A DNA stretch of 59,726 nt, filler included, from Sphacelaria rigidula (lineage: Eukaryota): the NCBI GenBank assembly GCA_964200075.2. It is 6 parts of 6 records of this genome, joined end to end, with 100 filler letters (N's around TTAATTAATTAA, not from the genome) between each part and the next. Parts side by side here need not be neighbours in the genome. Positions count along the whole stretch, not along the records: positions 1 to 9,872 come from CAXNAA020007583.1; positions 9,973 to 19,844 come from CAXNAA020007584.1; 4 more parts are not named here. One strand, given 5' to 3'. The translations under genes and the position numbers were made by a program. The notes under the pieces are model-generated. The model was given only the letters and a program-made list of their open reading frames with translations. It made no database searches and was not told the DNA's origin. Shown here piece by piece: positions 1-11,491 of this stretch. Numbering within the stretch: the first letter of the stretch is position 1; each line of letters begins with the position of its first letter.

Positions 1-600
1 TGCATGATCATGAGTACACCCCCCCCATGTTGGGTGCAGCGCGGCTTCAGCTCCGGCACTCTGCCGCCTCCCTTTTTTTTCCCATTACCGTATCAGTTTG
101 ATATTCCCGACTCGCGGGGAATTCGTACCAATCTATTGAGAACATTGTACGTCCTTCCTCCCGAGTTCAGTAGCAGAGATATGACGGTGTCTGACAGCCT
201 CATTACCAGAGTTTAGACTACTTCCTTTCCTCTTCTCCCGCGAAATTTGAGCTTAGGTGAAACGTTTCACACTGAAGTGCGACAAGGAGTTGTTGCGATA
301 GAAGAAAGTATTTTGCGTGAAGTGTAGAGCCTTTTAACTATTATCAAGACACAATCGGCTTGATAGTTTACGCGGTACAGCCTTTTTTCTGTTGCAAACG
401 ATTGATTGACTCATGTGTAGCGTGTAAAAAGTTGCACACGTGGGACGGACCAGATCGTGGCAGATTCGGGTCGGCTCATTCGGGGCATACATCCTGATCT
501 GCCCGAGGTGTGCTGCCACCCGTGCACGTTTGTCCGATGGGGATCTGTGGGACCCGTTTGACTCGCACATACTTGCCGAGCGACGAGCTGTATGGCCCGC

Positions 601-602
<2 letters not shown>

Positions 603-651
<49 letters not shown>
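603..651. repeat. (CA)n microsatellite
   Basis: About 24 perfect CA units. Confidence 0.97.
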
Positions 652-653
<2 letters not shown>

Positions 654-1014
654 TCATGCAGAACTGATCTGCACAAGTGTGTCATCTGCACAAAGTCACG
701 TAGTTGCCACCTATATAACTTGACTCTTTTTAACGCAGCAGCTTCCTGTCGACCCGTGTAATTTATCCAGTATGCAAGAAACAGTTTCCCCCACCTGTAA
801 GATCCGAAACCGGTAGACAAGAAACAGTATTCAGTATTCAACACCTGCTAACCTGTTTGACCCTGGTACTTGGTGCATGTTCACAATATCGGATGTTGAC
901 TAAAGCAACCCGGGCACATGGAGCATGACGATGATGAATCAGTGACGTCATAAAGGAGGTACAGATATCCTTACGCAGTGTGGACGAGTGTTTCTGTACT
1001 TCCTCGTTATCATT

Positions 1015-1366
1015 GTCGCCCCGGTGGCTCAGTTGCTAACCTCGAAACCCTCTGATGGTTGGGTCGTGGGTTCAAACCTTGGAGCGATCTGGGATTTTTT
1101 CTCACACCATGACCAACAGTGGAGAGCGACCATGTCGTGGGTACACAAAACTCGACTCAACGATCGACGGGGTAAAGGAACTGCTGAAACCTTCTCGCGA
1201 TAAAAAAAAACGGGCAAGCACCGCAGAAGGAAGGTGGAGTATTGAAAAAAGAAAAACTCCTGTGTTATCCTTCCTCCCGTGTGACCCCGGCTGATGCGCC
1301 CACATATACCGAAAGGTGTAGACCGGCGTCCAGAATGGATGGGACGACAACACACAACACACACAC
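1015..1366 (+). mobile_element. tRNA-derived SINE, apparently full length
   Basis: The head has an A-box-like TGGCTCAGTTGC, a B-box-like GGTTCAAACC and a closing stem TCGCCCCG/TGGAGCGA. A near-identical head is at 39669-39786. The 3' tail (GAAAGGTGTAGACCGGCGTCCAGAATG...ACAACACACA) recurs at 10609-10664 and ends in (CA)n. Confidence 0.85.
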
Positions 1367-4149
1367 TCGTTCAGGGTGTGCACTCATGTGCCACTGGCAA
1401 GGGAATGGTCGCTATAGCTTTATGCTCAATCGACACGTCATGACGCTGTTCGTCCAGCGTCTGACAAAAAGTTATGGGGAAAAGTCATCGACGTGTTCAT
1501 TGCCAGCGTTGATGAAGCACGGGGGGCTCCCGCAAGCCCGCCCGACGGTCAGCCGTATGACCTTTGTGGTCTGCGAATGATGTGATACCCGTATGACTCG
1601 TTTGACCTATAAATGTTTCTCGGCTGGTGGCCCGAAGAACCCGGTCGCTCTGTACATATGACTTGATAAACGATCTGTATGACCCGTGTGATTCGTACAA
1701 GTCCGCTTGATGGTGATCTGTACGACTCGAGTTGCTTGTACTAGGGTTGCCATGAGTGATTTGTGTACCCCGTTTTATCCGTACATCGCCTCCTCAGACA
1801 CGCCTGTGTAATCCGAATCAGGTGTACTGAAAACGCCGATAACAACCTGTGATACCCTCATGACTCGTACAAGATACCTCCCTCGTGATCGATGATACCT
1901 GGAATACGGGAACCGTTTTATAACTAGCTGCACTATTATATCATCCGAATCGTGTACACAAACGTGGTCACACTCTACCTGCGAAGCCGAGTGACACATA
2001 TAATGATCTGTCTGACGTGTGAAAAGTTGTGATGTAGTGCTTTTTTAAATTCATGTGCCACCCCTTGCGGAAGACTGTGTACAGTGTATGTATTGAGGGG
2101 AGGACAAGAATAGCTGCCCGCACCTGGAGCAGGCTAGATTTCGTTTGGGAATCAACGTTATTTGTCACGGTGTTCAAAATGACGGGGCTGTGTCAGCGTC
2201 ATACTCCTCTCACCATCTCCAGGTTGCTTCTGCTACTTTGCGGGCGCGAAAAAGCAGTCGGCCAGAACCGTCTAAACTGATGAACTCCATTCAACGCATG
2301 GAACGTATTTCGAATTACTCTCGGCTTGCTAAACTGTTCTCATAAACACCCCTGATGTTCCAAGAAGCTGAGCTACCACGCTTATTCCATCCCTGGATTA
2401 TCTTCGCCGCTAGAGCCTAGTTTCTCCCATGTGTACCTGTTTTTTCAATCGCTGAAACCGGACGTGCGTGTTTGCAAACGCCTGTGGAATATCAGCTCAC
2501 GACGTAAGCCCGTTCTGTAAACCTAATCTGCCTCGCGTAAGGTTTGAATTATGCGCATAGAACCGAAGTAACTTCAGCCGTCATGATTTTCGATTGCTTG
2601 ATTGTCGCACTTCAACTGACCACCCATGGGTCCAGCCGTGGTCGCATGATATACATGATTTGCGACCAACCCCCGAGGATCTGTTATGGTCAAGCAAGTC
2701 CAACCGTTAGCCTCCTAGCTCACTTTTCAGCTCTGATCACGTAGATCTGCTCCACATTTAGTCCACTTCCAGTAATAGTCGTCCTGACACCTGCTAGTAA
2801 CCAGAAGAAAACTGATCATGTACCTCCTGCCTTGTATGTTTCACTCCAACCTTATGGCGATGGTAACACACGAAAAATCAAACTATATATAGACTATAAT
2901 AGTGGGAAACCACGCTGACACGCGTGGTAGCAGTGCCGCAGGCATCAACGCCGCGGGTCCCGCACCGTGGAGGTTTTGAACAAAATAGCGAAAGACGATT
3001 TGACCCTGTCATCAACCATAATTTATCATTATAAGCAGCTATTGACTTCCAAACCCACGGCTAACCGTAACCACTACGAAAGAAGACAGGAAACCTGACC
3101 GTCATGGCGCCAACCCGGCAGCGCTACACTCATGGAGAATCTGTCTCAAAAAAGCAAAGACTGAACCGAGTAGAATGGCGCCCCGTCACTCGGCTAACCC
3201 CCCATCGGATGTACAGTAGCAGAGTGAAAAATCATCGATTCCTAGCTCGTCGATCCTCGCCGGCAGGAGTGAGGTGTCGGCTACCTGTATCGCATGGGTA
3301 ACACGCCGGTTGTGTGCATCAACTTGAGAGCGTAGGTCATCGTTGAGGGCATTTGAAGACAGATCGGCACCCTGTAGCTTTGACAGCTACTCGCAACCCA
3401 AAGACTTGCGGAACGCAGCCCACCATGAAGCACGACTTAGCTATGAAAATCAGAGACACGTGAGAATATGTACGTTCGCGACGCAAATGAGAGAGCTTAT
3501 TCGCCCGCATTCGTGGCGATTTCAGAGTGGCGTATGAAAATACTGTGTTGTATTGTTGTGCTGACCGCTGTGGGCGTGACGGATCCACAGTACATAGTCC
3601 AACAGTCCACGGTACTGGTGCATAGTGAGTGCACTTGAAGAGGTGAGGGTGGCTGGCGCACATCGCACTGCGTTCTACAGGCGCACCTAGGTCGGACCCC
3701 CCGTTGCCCACCGGGTGTGTCGGCCTGGTTGGGTGAGGGTGGTTCGTGACGGAAGTCTGAAAACACGGGACTGCTATGCATGGGTCCAATAATATTCGGG
3801 GACCAAAGTGCTTTTTCTTCTCAAAATTCGACGGGTACAGAAACAACGTGACCGTTTGCGGGTCGGCTCATCTCTCGCCCTGCTCGTGCACAGTGATTGA
3901 TAGTGACGGTTTGCTCCTGCAGACAAAGTTGTTGGGAAAAAGGAATCCGATGCTTCAGTTTTGTACTGGATACGGTGTGGGAAAAGGCTTTAGTCGACAT
4001 TCCATTGAAGACCGGGGCGGGGAGACATTTACGCTGTTATTATGTTTGATGATGGTGCTGATGATGACGTCATTCATGAACGAAGGCACTAGCATAGTCC
4101 CCGGTTTTGCAATCGTAAGGCTTGTTATTTGACCGGCATTTCGTGAGTC

Positions 4150-5330
4150 GGTTTTCATATGTCTCCTCCTGGAAACGGTCACGCAAGGGTTGTCCCGGTT
4201 CCGATATGGCGGTATGATGGTCGTGTGCGCTCCGGAGATGATCATAGTAAACAACCTGAAAACTGTACCTTTTTCGCTGAATCCAACATCCTTAACGTAT
4301 GCGGGAGACTCACGTAAGCCGCATATTCCTGAATTTCCATCAGCTGGACAAACTGCCAGCCTGCGCTTTGCATTTAGTATTGACTGTAGCAGCCAACAAT
4401 TCTTGAGTCGCACGTACACTTTAGGTTCTGCATTAGCGTTGCTTCGGATTTGATATCCTTTTGCCACGAACATCTGCCCTTGTTCACGAGCCTCCGCCAT
4501 GCTTGCTTTATTCATCATGTACTTCCGATGAGGGTTTTTATCCACATAATTTATCCTAGAGTTTCCTACGTGAGTATGGTTCTGCCGTACTGTTTCACGT
4601 ACCACCTCGCTCGTTGTAAATTTCCCCAGTATATCCAGTATCGTACCAAAATGTGCCCGCCTAGACGTCGAGACGTTCGGTGACTCCAGATTGAGTAGGT
4701 TTCGACCTGTGTGTGTCCAGTTTCACCGATACATCATCCTTTGTTAGCCGCAGCGGTGGGGACAACTCTTGAATGTTGACAACGCACTGAGTTGAATTCC
4801 AAGGTGAGGATTGTGGTGCTTCCGGTCCATCCTTGGGAAAAACAAACAAACATATTTTACACCTCAGCACTGATACTCAGGGGCTCATAAGTTTTCCCGG
4901 TTCATTATTTTAATCTTCCAGCAATTTCCCTTGCTTATGACACCTGGTCCCGCCATCAGGGTTTTATGCAGGGTGGTCCTTTTCATGAGGTGGGAGATTT
5001 TGGATGGCGATGTCGTGGTCGTCGTACCCTCTTCATCGTCTACCATGACCGCGTTGCCTTCTATCGTGAGAGTACTCGTTGTGTCATACACCAACGCCCA
5101 GTCTCCTACTTCCCATTGTGCCCGGGTTTACTCTCTCTGCTTGTCTTCTGCATCGTGTCGGAAATAATCGAGTAATCCTCCTGCCTGACAAGCTCATATG
5201 CATTCACGCGGCCATTTCTCATCAGCTGTGAGCAATCAAGCCGATGTACCTCCAAGCTCTCACTTCGGATATCCCCTCTCCTGCCGAGTGTAGTCCTGGA
5301 TGTGAATCGATTACTACCTCGTTTGGTGGC
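4150..5330 (-). mobile_element. Decayed Ty3/Gypsy LTR retrotransposon pol fragment (integrase C-terminus plus chromodomain-like region)
   Basis: Collinear minus-strand peptides broken by stops and frameshifts: PPNEVVI; SLEVHRLDCSQLMRNGRVNAYELVRQED; QWEVGDWALVYDTTST; RCKIC...ELSPPLRLTKDDV; GGHILVRYWIYWGNL...KQYGRTIL; AREQGQMFVAKGY. Order and motifs resemble my recollection of brown-algal Gypsy pol C-termini. Boundaries are approximate. Confidence 0.7.
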
Positions 5331-5662
5331 GAACTCATTTTCACTACTAGCATTATTATTGTGTGCGGAGACTGCTTTGCAAAAATACAGTAGCTTGTCT
5401 TATTTCTTTTGATTATTATTCATGACATGTTTTCAGCGTTGCACTTTAGGTGCGCGCATCTCACGCACGTGGAACTCCGCGAAATTCGGTTCAAGGCTTC
5501 TTAGACCCGCGGTCAACTTTCCTCCCACTTTCGAAAGTTTAGGCCTCACAATTTTATCATTCAAACCAGCGATGACTCATCCGACCCTTGCTATTTTTCC
5601 CGTGAAGTATGTTCCTCCATCGGACAGCAATATGCGCGGACAACTCCATCGCGGTCTATGTA

Positions 5663-6271
5663 CGAGCTGGGCCAGCCGAAAGTTCCTATTGGCGATTGAT
5701 GGGTGACGCGCAGCTTGATTTTAGAAAATAGAGCCTGAAATTTTGACACGAAATCATGATTATCAAAATGCGGAACGTTTCCGAGGAGACGAATAAACAA
5801 GGAAAAAACAGACAGTTGGAGAGATTTGAAACTTCAGCAAAAAAGATCATGTCATATCTTCATGATAGAATGGAAGAAAAACTGTGGTTTCTTTGGTCAC
5901 GAATTTTTAACGTTCACGCGAAAGACCCTGGTGAATATTCAGCTCAAAACTCCTCAAATTGGGTCGCGCATGCAATGTGTTTTGTGACATCGCTGCCCCC
6001 CGGTGTTCTAAGTGATACAGGAGACTCCAGTTACGGAGGTCACGAGTTTGAACCCCGATATACGCTCTTTTTTTTTTCCCCTCAGAATTTGGTTCCGTCG
6101 TTGAGATCAAATATTATGCAGACCATTTTTTCTCTAACTTCTTTTCTAGCAGCACGGCGTGCATCACTAGGTTGGTCTGCAGTTCACAACGATATACTGA
6201 CATCAGGCTGATTCGGGAACTGAAAAGGTTTTTGTGGGTTCGTAGGCACATTTCGCGGCTGGCCCAGCTCT
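5663..6271. mobile_element. About 610-bp MITE (Tc1/mariner-like ends) with an internal tRNA-like segment
   Basis: 15-bp TIR GAGCTGGGCCAGCCG / CGGCTGGCCCAGCTC, with TA on the left. Homologous along its length to 38793-39394. Confidence 0.8.
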
Positions 6272-9019
6272 CAATCGTGCGTTCATAGTGCTGCACAACC
6301 ATCCGCAGTCTTCTCCTTCGTTTCAGCATATGCCTTGGCACGTATGCTGAATATAACATACCCCCCAACAACAGGACCTGGCTATTGCCCTTGATAGTCT
6401 CACGCATGGGTCCAAACAAATCGAGTGAAGATACGCCGTAGAGTAGCGGCTCATTTGTTTAAATCGATCAAACTGTGGGGGCGGCTTCCGGCTGTGACGC
6501 ATTCCAGTTTCTCTCGCTGCAAAAAATCCTTTCAATCAATTAACATCGCGGCCGGACAGAGTTGTCTCTTTGAATTTGTTTGATTGCTGGTCCGAAAACA
6601 ATATAGTGAAGCGTCGGTCACAAGCATGAACGTTTTCTCCCCCAAATCAGCTTCCTTATCCCCGGCTGCTTGCTGGTATTTTGTTATGCCACGTGTGTTC
6701 TCTGTGTGAGGCCTCGGTCGGACGTTCCGAAAAGCGTGGAGCTGGGGGGGGGGGGGCAGGGACGGGGAGGGGGGGGCGGAGGATTTTACGGGTGTCGAAG
6801 GGGATTCGTACACCATAACCAGCTCTTTGAACGCAGACTATTCTTCTCTAGAATCTAGTCATGTCATAATCATGTCATACCTGTAGGGCCGGAGGATGAA
6901 CGCAATGTTTCAATCGTATCAGCGACAACTAACCCAGTTATCCATGGGCACCGTGGACACACTTTGCCCTCAAAACGCGTCGAATTTTGATCGTCAGCTG
7001 CTTGGTCGCTGTCCCTCTGCTGACGCGATTGGTTCAAAACCCACCGAACAAAATTACCTGGAAATTGCAGACATGACCTTGATACGAGTGTTATGAGATC
7101 CCCAGGCCCTGAGGGGTTGAAGGGCTGATCTCAGAAGGGTCAAAGATGCGGCGGGAACCGGTTCGTGGTCAGCATACATTTTTCTAGTATTTGCCGGGGT
7201 TGGAAATACTCGGCAGTAGTTGGCTGTAGTCGTTGCACTATTCCATTCTATTAATCGGAAGTGAAGTAAGCCAGTACGATTTTGACCTTCTCGATTGTTT
7301 CATCTCTTGTAAAGACCACCTGTGATTCGTGTATCACGCGGTCAACATCCCCCTACACTCTAGCATATGGCCTCCTTATCGGCTGTGAGCGACATCGCGA
7401 GCCCGCGGAAGTTACCCATGTTGGGCCCATGGACTTTGTTGGTCTAATTGTCCCCCTCTCTTGTTTGGTAGAGGGGTGACGAGCATTGTTCTCATGGATG
7501 CAAGGGGGCTTGTATTCTCAGCAAAGAGCCACACGCACCAAATGACGTGAGGGTGTTCAAACTATGAAATGGCGGCCATAAAACAGTAAAGAAAAAGCGA
7601 ACCCCCGAAACGCCTGGTTCGCTCATTGAAGATAAACTGAAGTATTAAAACAGGAAACACGAAGAGGTGGTACCGTTTGCTCGAACGTTGTCCTGCAGTC
7701 CTGGCATTGTATTGTTGTACTTGGCGCAACGCTCGTAGCCGTGCAAACATTCCCCTTCAATTTGCTCAGTCCACGGATGAACATACATCGAACACGGGGC
7801 ATGTAATACTCGGTCCTTTCGGAGGATTCCCCCTTTTCGATTTGCTTTTGTTGATTCGTTTGTAGACAGCAGAGCAACCTCTCTCTTGAAACCCCATATG
7901 AAGTTCATACAACGTACGGTACCTGTTTTGCGTAGTGAAAAAATCGATGTATCTTCATACTCATTGTCCCTCACGTCTGGTTGGTTGTGGGTACTTGATC
8001 ACCAGGGTATACCGGTCTCAGTGACCATGCTATAGTCAGTTCTATGAGAAGGACACAACGCAGACGATGCTCGTGCGAAAGAAAATGACGTTTTTCTTTT
8101 CGAAAAAATGGATCAAAATTTGCCCAATTTTAGCATTTTTTTCTAAGGTCAGGCAGGTGCCCGTCCAGCTGCAAGACATCGAGCTAGAGTACGGTACAGA
8201 AGCCCTGAGGTAGTGGTTTTCCATAGAAGGGGCGGCGAAGGTGGCTCGCTGCATCAAACCTTACATTTCCATTACCCAGGAGAAGCATCGAATCGATACC
8301 GCGATCAGGTGCACGAGGGGACAGGCCAACTCCTCGACCAGAGAAACGTCGAAACGTCCACCTAGACAGAAAGGGGCGAAACACGTTCGTTTTGGGACAT
8401 ACGTTTTTTTTCGCGGCCGGTCGGCCGCATTGGAGTTGTCCGCGTGGTCACGGTTTTTTTTCAACAGATATGGACTTTCAGCTCCGATTACAGTTGTGGG
8501 CGAACGGCACCACCACCTTGCTCATTGGTTCTTGACATCATTTTTCGATTTTCACTTTAGCTAAGAAGGGAAACGGTTACCAGGAAACGCCTAGTGATTG
8601 ACCATTGGCGCAAGGCTGATGCAATCGAGGCCAAGAAGGCCTGAGATCGAGTTATGTCGGTGGTTTTCGTTTCCCCGCAACCTCACTGGTTGTAGCGCGG
8701 AGCTACATGGTTGCGTTTCATGTCTGCTCCGATACGAGGTTCGCGGTGCCGCCCCGTTTTTGAGACCGGCACTTCAAAAGCACGTCCACGTCGCTTCCAT
8801 CGCTGCTGTTGTATGCTGCCGGTGTTCGTACTGTTATGTTGTGTGCGTTCTTTTCGTGTACGCGCGTTTGTATGCGGCGTCAGCAACTCCCACAGTAGTT
8901 GGATCATCGCAGTACAGTGGGAGTGCCAATGAAATCGCGAACATTACGTACGAAACACGTCTTGGACTTTCACACGTCCATCGCGGAAAGTGACTGGTTT
9001 ACGGGGTGTGAAAGCAGTC

Positions 9020-9113
9020 ACTCATCCGTCTGTCATGTGACCACGGCTGGATCATGACTCCTGGGGGGTAAGTTAAAGTGCGACAATCAATCAAAACGAT
9101 CAATCAATCAATC
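9020..9113 (+). mobile_element. Retroposon (LINE/SINE) 3' tail ending in (CAAT)n
   Basis: GACCACGGCTGGA...GGGGGG...TTAAAGTGCGACAATCAATC. Reverse-strand copies are at about 2592-2655, 21431-21492 and 48431-48495. Confidence 0.7.
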
Positions 9114-9872
9114 ATCCAGTTATGCCAATCCACTGAAACTGACCAGGTAAACTGGTATCCAGTTCATCACTCCGGTGATACGGGGGGGTACAGGAGGGCA
9201 CTGAATGGCGCGCACACACAGCACACCGAGAAGACATAATATTATCGTAAAATGCACACGGAGAGATATTCAGGTTCGAAAGGTTGACTTCCCAGGCATG
9301 TCCTGTTCCGCTGGATAGCATGAAAAGCCCAAGGATACGTCCGAAATAGGCTGAAAAAAACCCTTCGTGCTTTACCGTGTCCGATATGGTTAACGAGATC
9401 TTTCATTGGGCTGATGTATAGCTCGCCAGCGAAAAAATGTCTTCCAAACTTCAGCTCTGACAAAGAAATTACGAGTACAACTTTCGGCACCTCTGGAAGA
9501 TTCCGAGACGTTTTCTCCAGCTCATTCGCCCACTTGATCAGTCTATGGAAACTCGCCAACTGCCGGTTTCGGTGTTACGAAGTTGCTTGAGTTGAAACTA
9601 AGTTTTTGAGAACCCTCCCTCCCAATCAGGTTACCGTTTTTTGTTTTTTCGAGCTCGTCGGGTTTTTTTTTGTGCGGTATCCATGCGGGTTGTTGGGTTA
9701 AATAATTTTATGCCGGGTGGAGAGCCCCAACTCCACGCTAAGGGGATGGTCCCATCACGTCGTTTAAAAAGGGTGCATGAGGCAGTGTAGCCCCTGCCTG
9801 TCTTTGTTAAGTGGCGAGACCAGAAAATGAAGCAGTCATTCACGGTTAGGACAAATCATCACGACTCAAAAT

Positions 9873-9972
9873 NNNNNNNNNNNNNNNNNNNNNNNNNNNN
9901 NNNNNNNNNNNNNNNNTTAATTAATTAANNNNNNNNNNNNNNNNNNNNNNNNNNNNNNNNNNNNNNNNNNNN
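9873..9972. other. Artificial contig linker (N44-TTAATTAATTAA-N44)
   Basis: 100-bp spacer with a six-frame stop cassette; identical copies occur at about 9971-bp intervals. Confidence 0.98.
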
Positions 9973-10608
9973 GCTGATGTGGTCGGGCGTGCGGGTGGGG
10001 GGGGGGGGGGGGGGGTGTACTCGTGATCATGCATGCCATAATAGGGAGGGGGGGGGTGGTGCTTCTACGAAAAAATGGGTCCATGAATGCTTCAGACGAC
10101 CTGACACGCTCGCGGTGTGCTTGTATTTGAGTAAAAGCACTGGTGGCCACTGGGGTGCCTGTAATGTCAAATTTGGACGTTACAGACCTTGTGCAACGTC
10201 TATAACGTCCAAATTTGAGGTTGCAGGTACTCCAGTAGCCACCCGTGTAGTGTCAAGCAATATGAATGAGCATTATTTATTGGAAGCAAGCGCGTTCGAA
10301 AAATCGTTGCTGCTATTAGCGACGGCTTCGAGTAGAATTTCGTGGAGGAAAACGTTCCAAAATACCCCCCCCCCCCCCCCCCCCCCCCCTATTGTAGCAT
10401 GACTCAGCTACTTGGATTAGCATTGTGTGGTTTGTACATCATGAGCGAGACTGGGCGTATATTTCGAACAGCACACACACCCATTCTTAATTCCCAGCAG
10501 CACATACCCGATGCATTGCAACATGAGCCAAAACTCTCTGTGAAATTAGATCAGTGCATGCAGGTTATCAACAACAGTACAGTATAGTATAGTAGTAGTA
10601 GAATATAT

Positions 10609-10664
10609 TATATCGAAAGGTGTCGACCGGCGTCCAGAATGAATGGGGCGACAACACACACACA
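10609..10664 (+). mobile_element. 5'-truncated SINE/LINE tail, same family as 1015-1366
   Basis: Matches about 1305-1366 including the CA-rich terminus. Confidence 0.75.
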
Positions 10665-10871
10665 TTCACAAGTGAATACTCGCTATAATGCTGCACGATT
10701 CGGGCCTTGACACTTTGCAGCTTTTTTTCATACATTATTATCGCTTATTATGGTCAAATCTCGATTTTTTTCATCATATAAATTTGGTAGTAATCGAGCT
10801 CATCATGGTCTCGGACCACAACACGCCGTCGACCGAAAATGTGAAAAAAGGACACCTATATTTTCCCATTC

Positions 10872-11313
10872 ACAGACAATTCTATACAACGAGGTTGTAC
10901 ACTGAAACGGGCTCCAAGCCCAAAACAGTGTTTCCCCACACTTCCAGCGACAGTGCCCAATGACTTTTTTGTCGGCTTAATGCCCCTCGATTGGGTAGAT
11001 ACTTTCTAAGCGCATTTTACCGACTCCGTGAGCTTACGGCGCTGACTGAAATCGTCATTTCCCCTGATTTGGGGGGGGAGAAAGGGACGGGGGTGATATC
11101 AGGGGAAATGAGGACTTCGCTCAGCGCTGTAAGCTCGTAGAGTCGGCAAAATTAAATGCTCTGAAAAAGTATCTACGCGATCGAGGGGCAATAGGTCGAC
11201 ACATAAGTCATCGATCCTCATATTATAGCTAAAAGTATAGTGTGGGGAAAGCACTGTTGTTTTGGGCTTGAACCTCATTTTGGTGTACAACGTCATTTCA
11301 TAGAATTGTCTGT
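10872..11313. mobile_element. Foldback / long inverted-repeat element
   Basis: Arm 10872-11068 is the diverged reverse complement of 11098-11313, around a G-rich spacer. Another arm copy is at about 49616-49756, cut by the contig end. Confidence 0.85.
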
Positions 11314-11385
11314 TTGTTGCCGTTGTATCCCCAAAACCTGCAGTAGTAGTGTACAAGTACAAAGGTGGCAAAAAGAGTTTATTCG

Positions 11386-11491
11386 ACGAGAGTCGACGCG
11401 GTGCGGGAGTGCTGATTCCATCCGCGATGCGAAAATGTGGGGCGTGTGAGGGAAGAGTTGAGTTTATCCTTCAGACCACCACGGACTCGTC
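11386..11491 (+). repeat. Dispersed repeat (reverse-strand copy at about 58365-58470)
   Basis: AGTCGACGCGGTGCGGGAGTGCTGATTCCATCCGCGATGC aligns to the reverse complement of 58365-58470. Confidence 0.65.

Noticed and set aside
334..761. ORFs with VCVC/HTHT runs (also the MYVC/YIHT ORFs near 37.9 kb)
   Set aside because: These are translations of microsatellites.
1015..1090. Functional tRNA gene
   Set aside because: There is no canonical anticodon arm, and it continues into a conserved non-tRNA body shared with 39669, so it is better explained as a SINE head.
1286..1330. Hammerhead ribozyme in the SINE tail (CTGATG...GAAA)
   Set aside because: The core is CTGATGC rather than CTGANGA, there is no stem II, and there is no UH cleavage site after the putative stem III.
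3955..4605. 216-aa ORF as an intact host gene
   Set aside because: Its recognisable part belongs to the frameshifted Gypsy relic.
9917..9928. TTAATTAATTAA recurring every ~9971 bp as a biological periodic element
   Set aside because: It is embedded in N runs and is a six-frame stop linker added during assembly concatenation.
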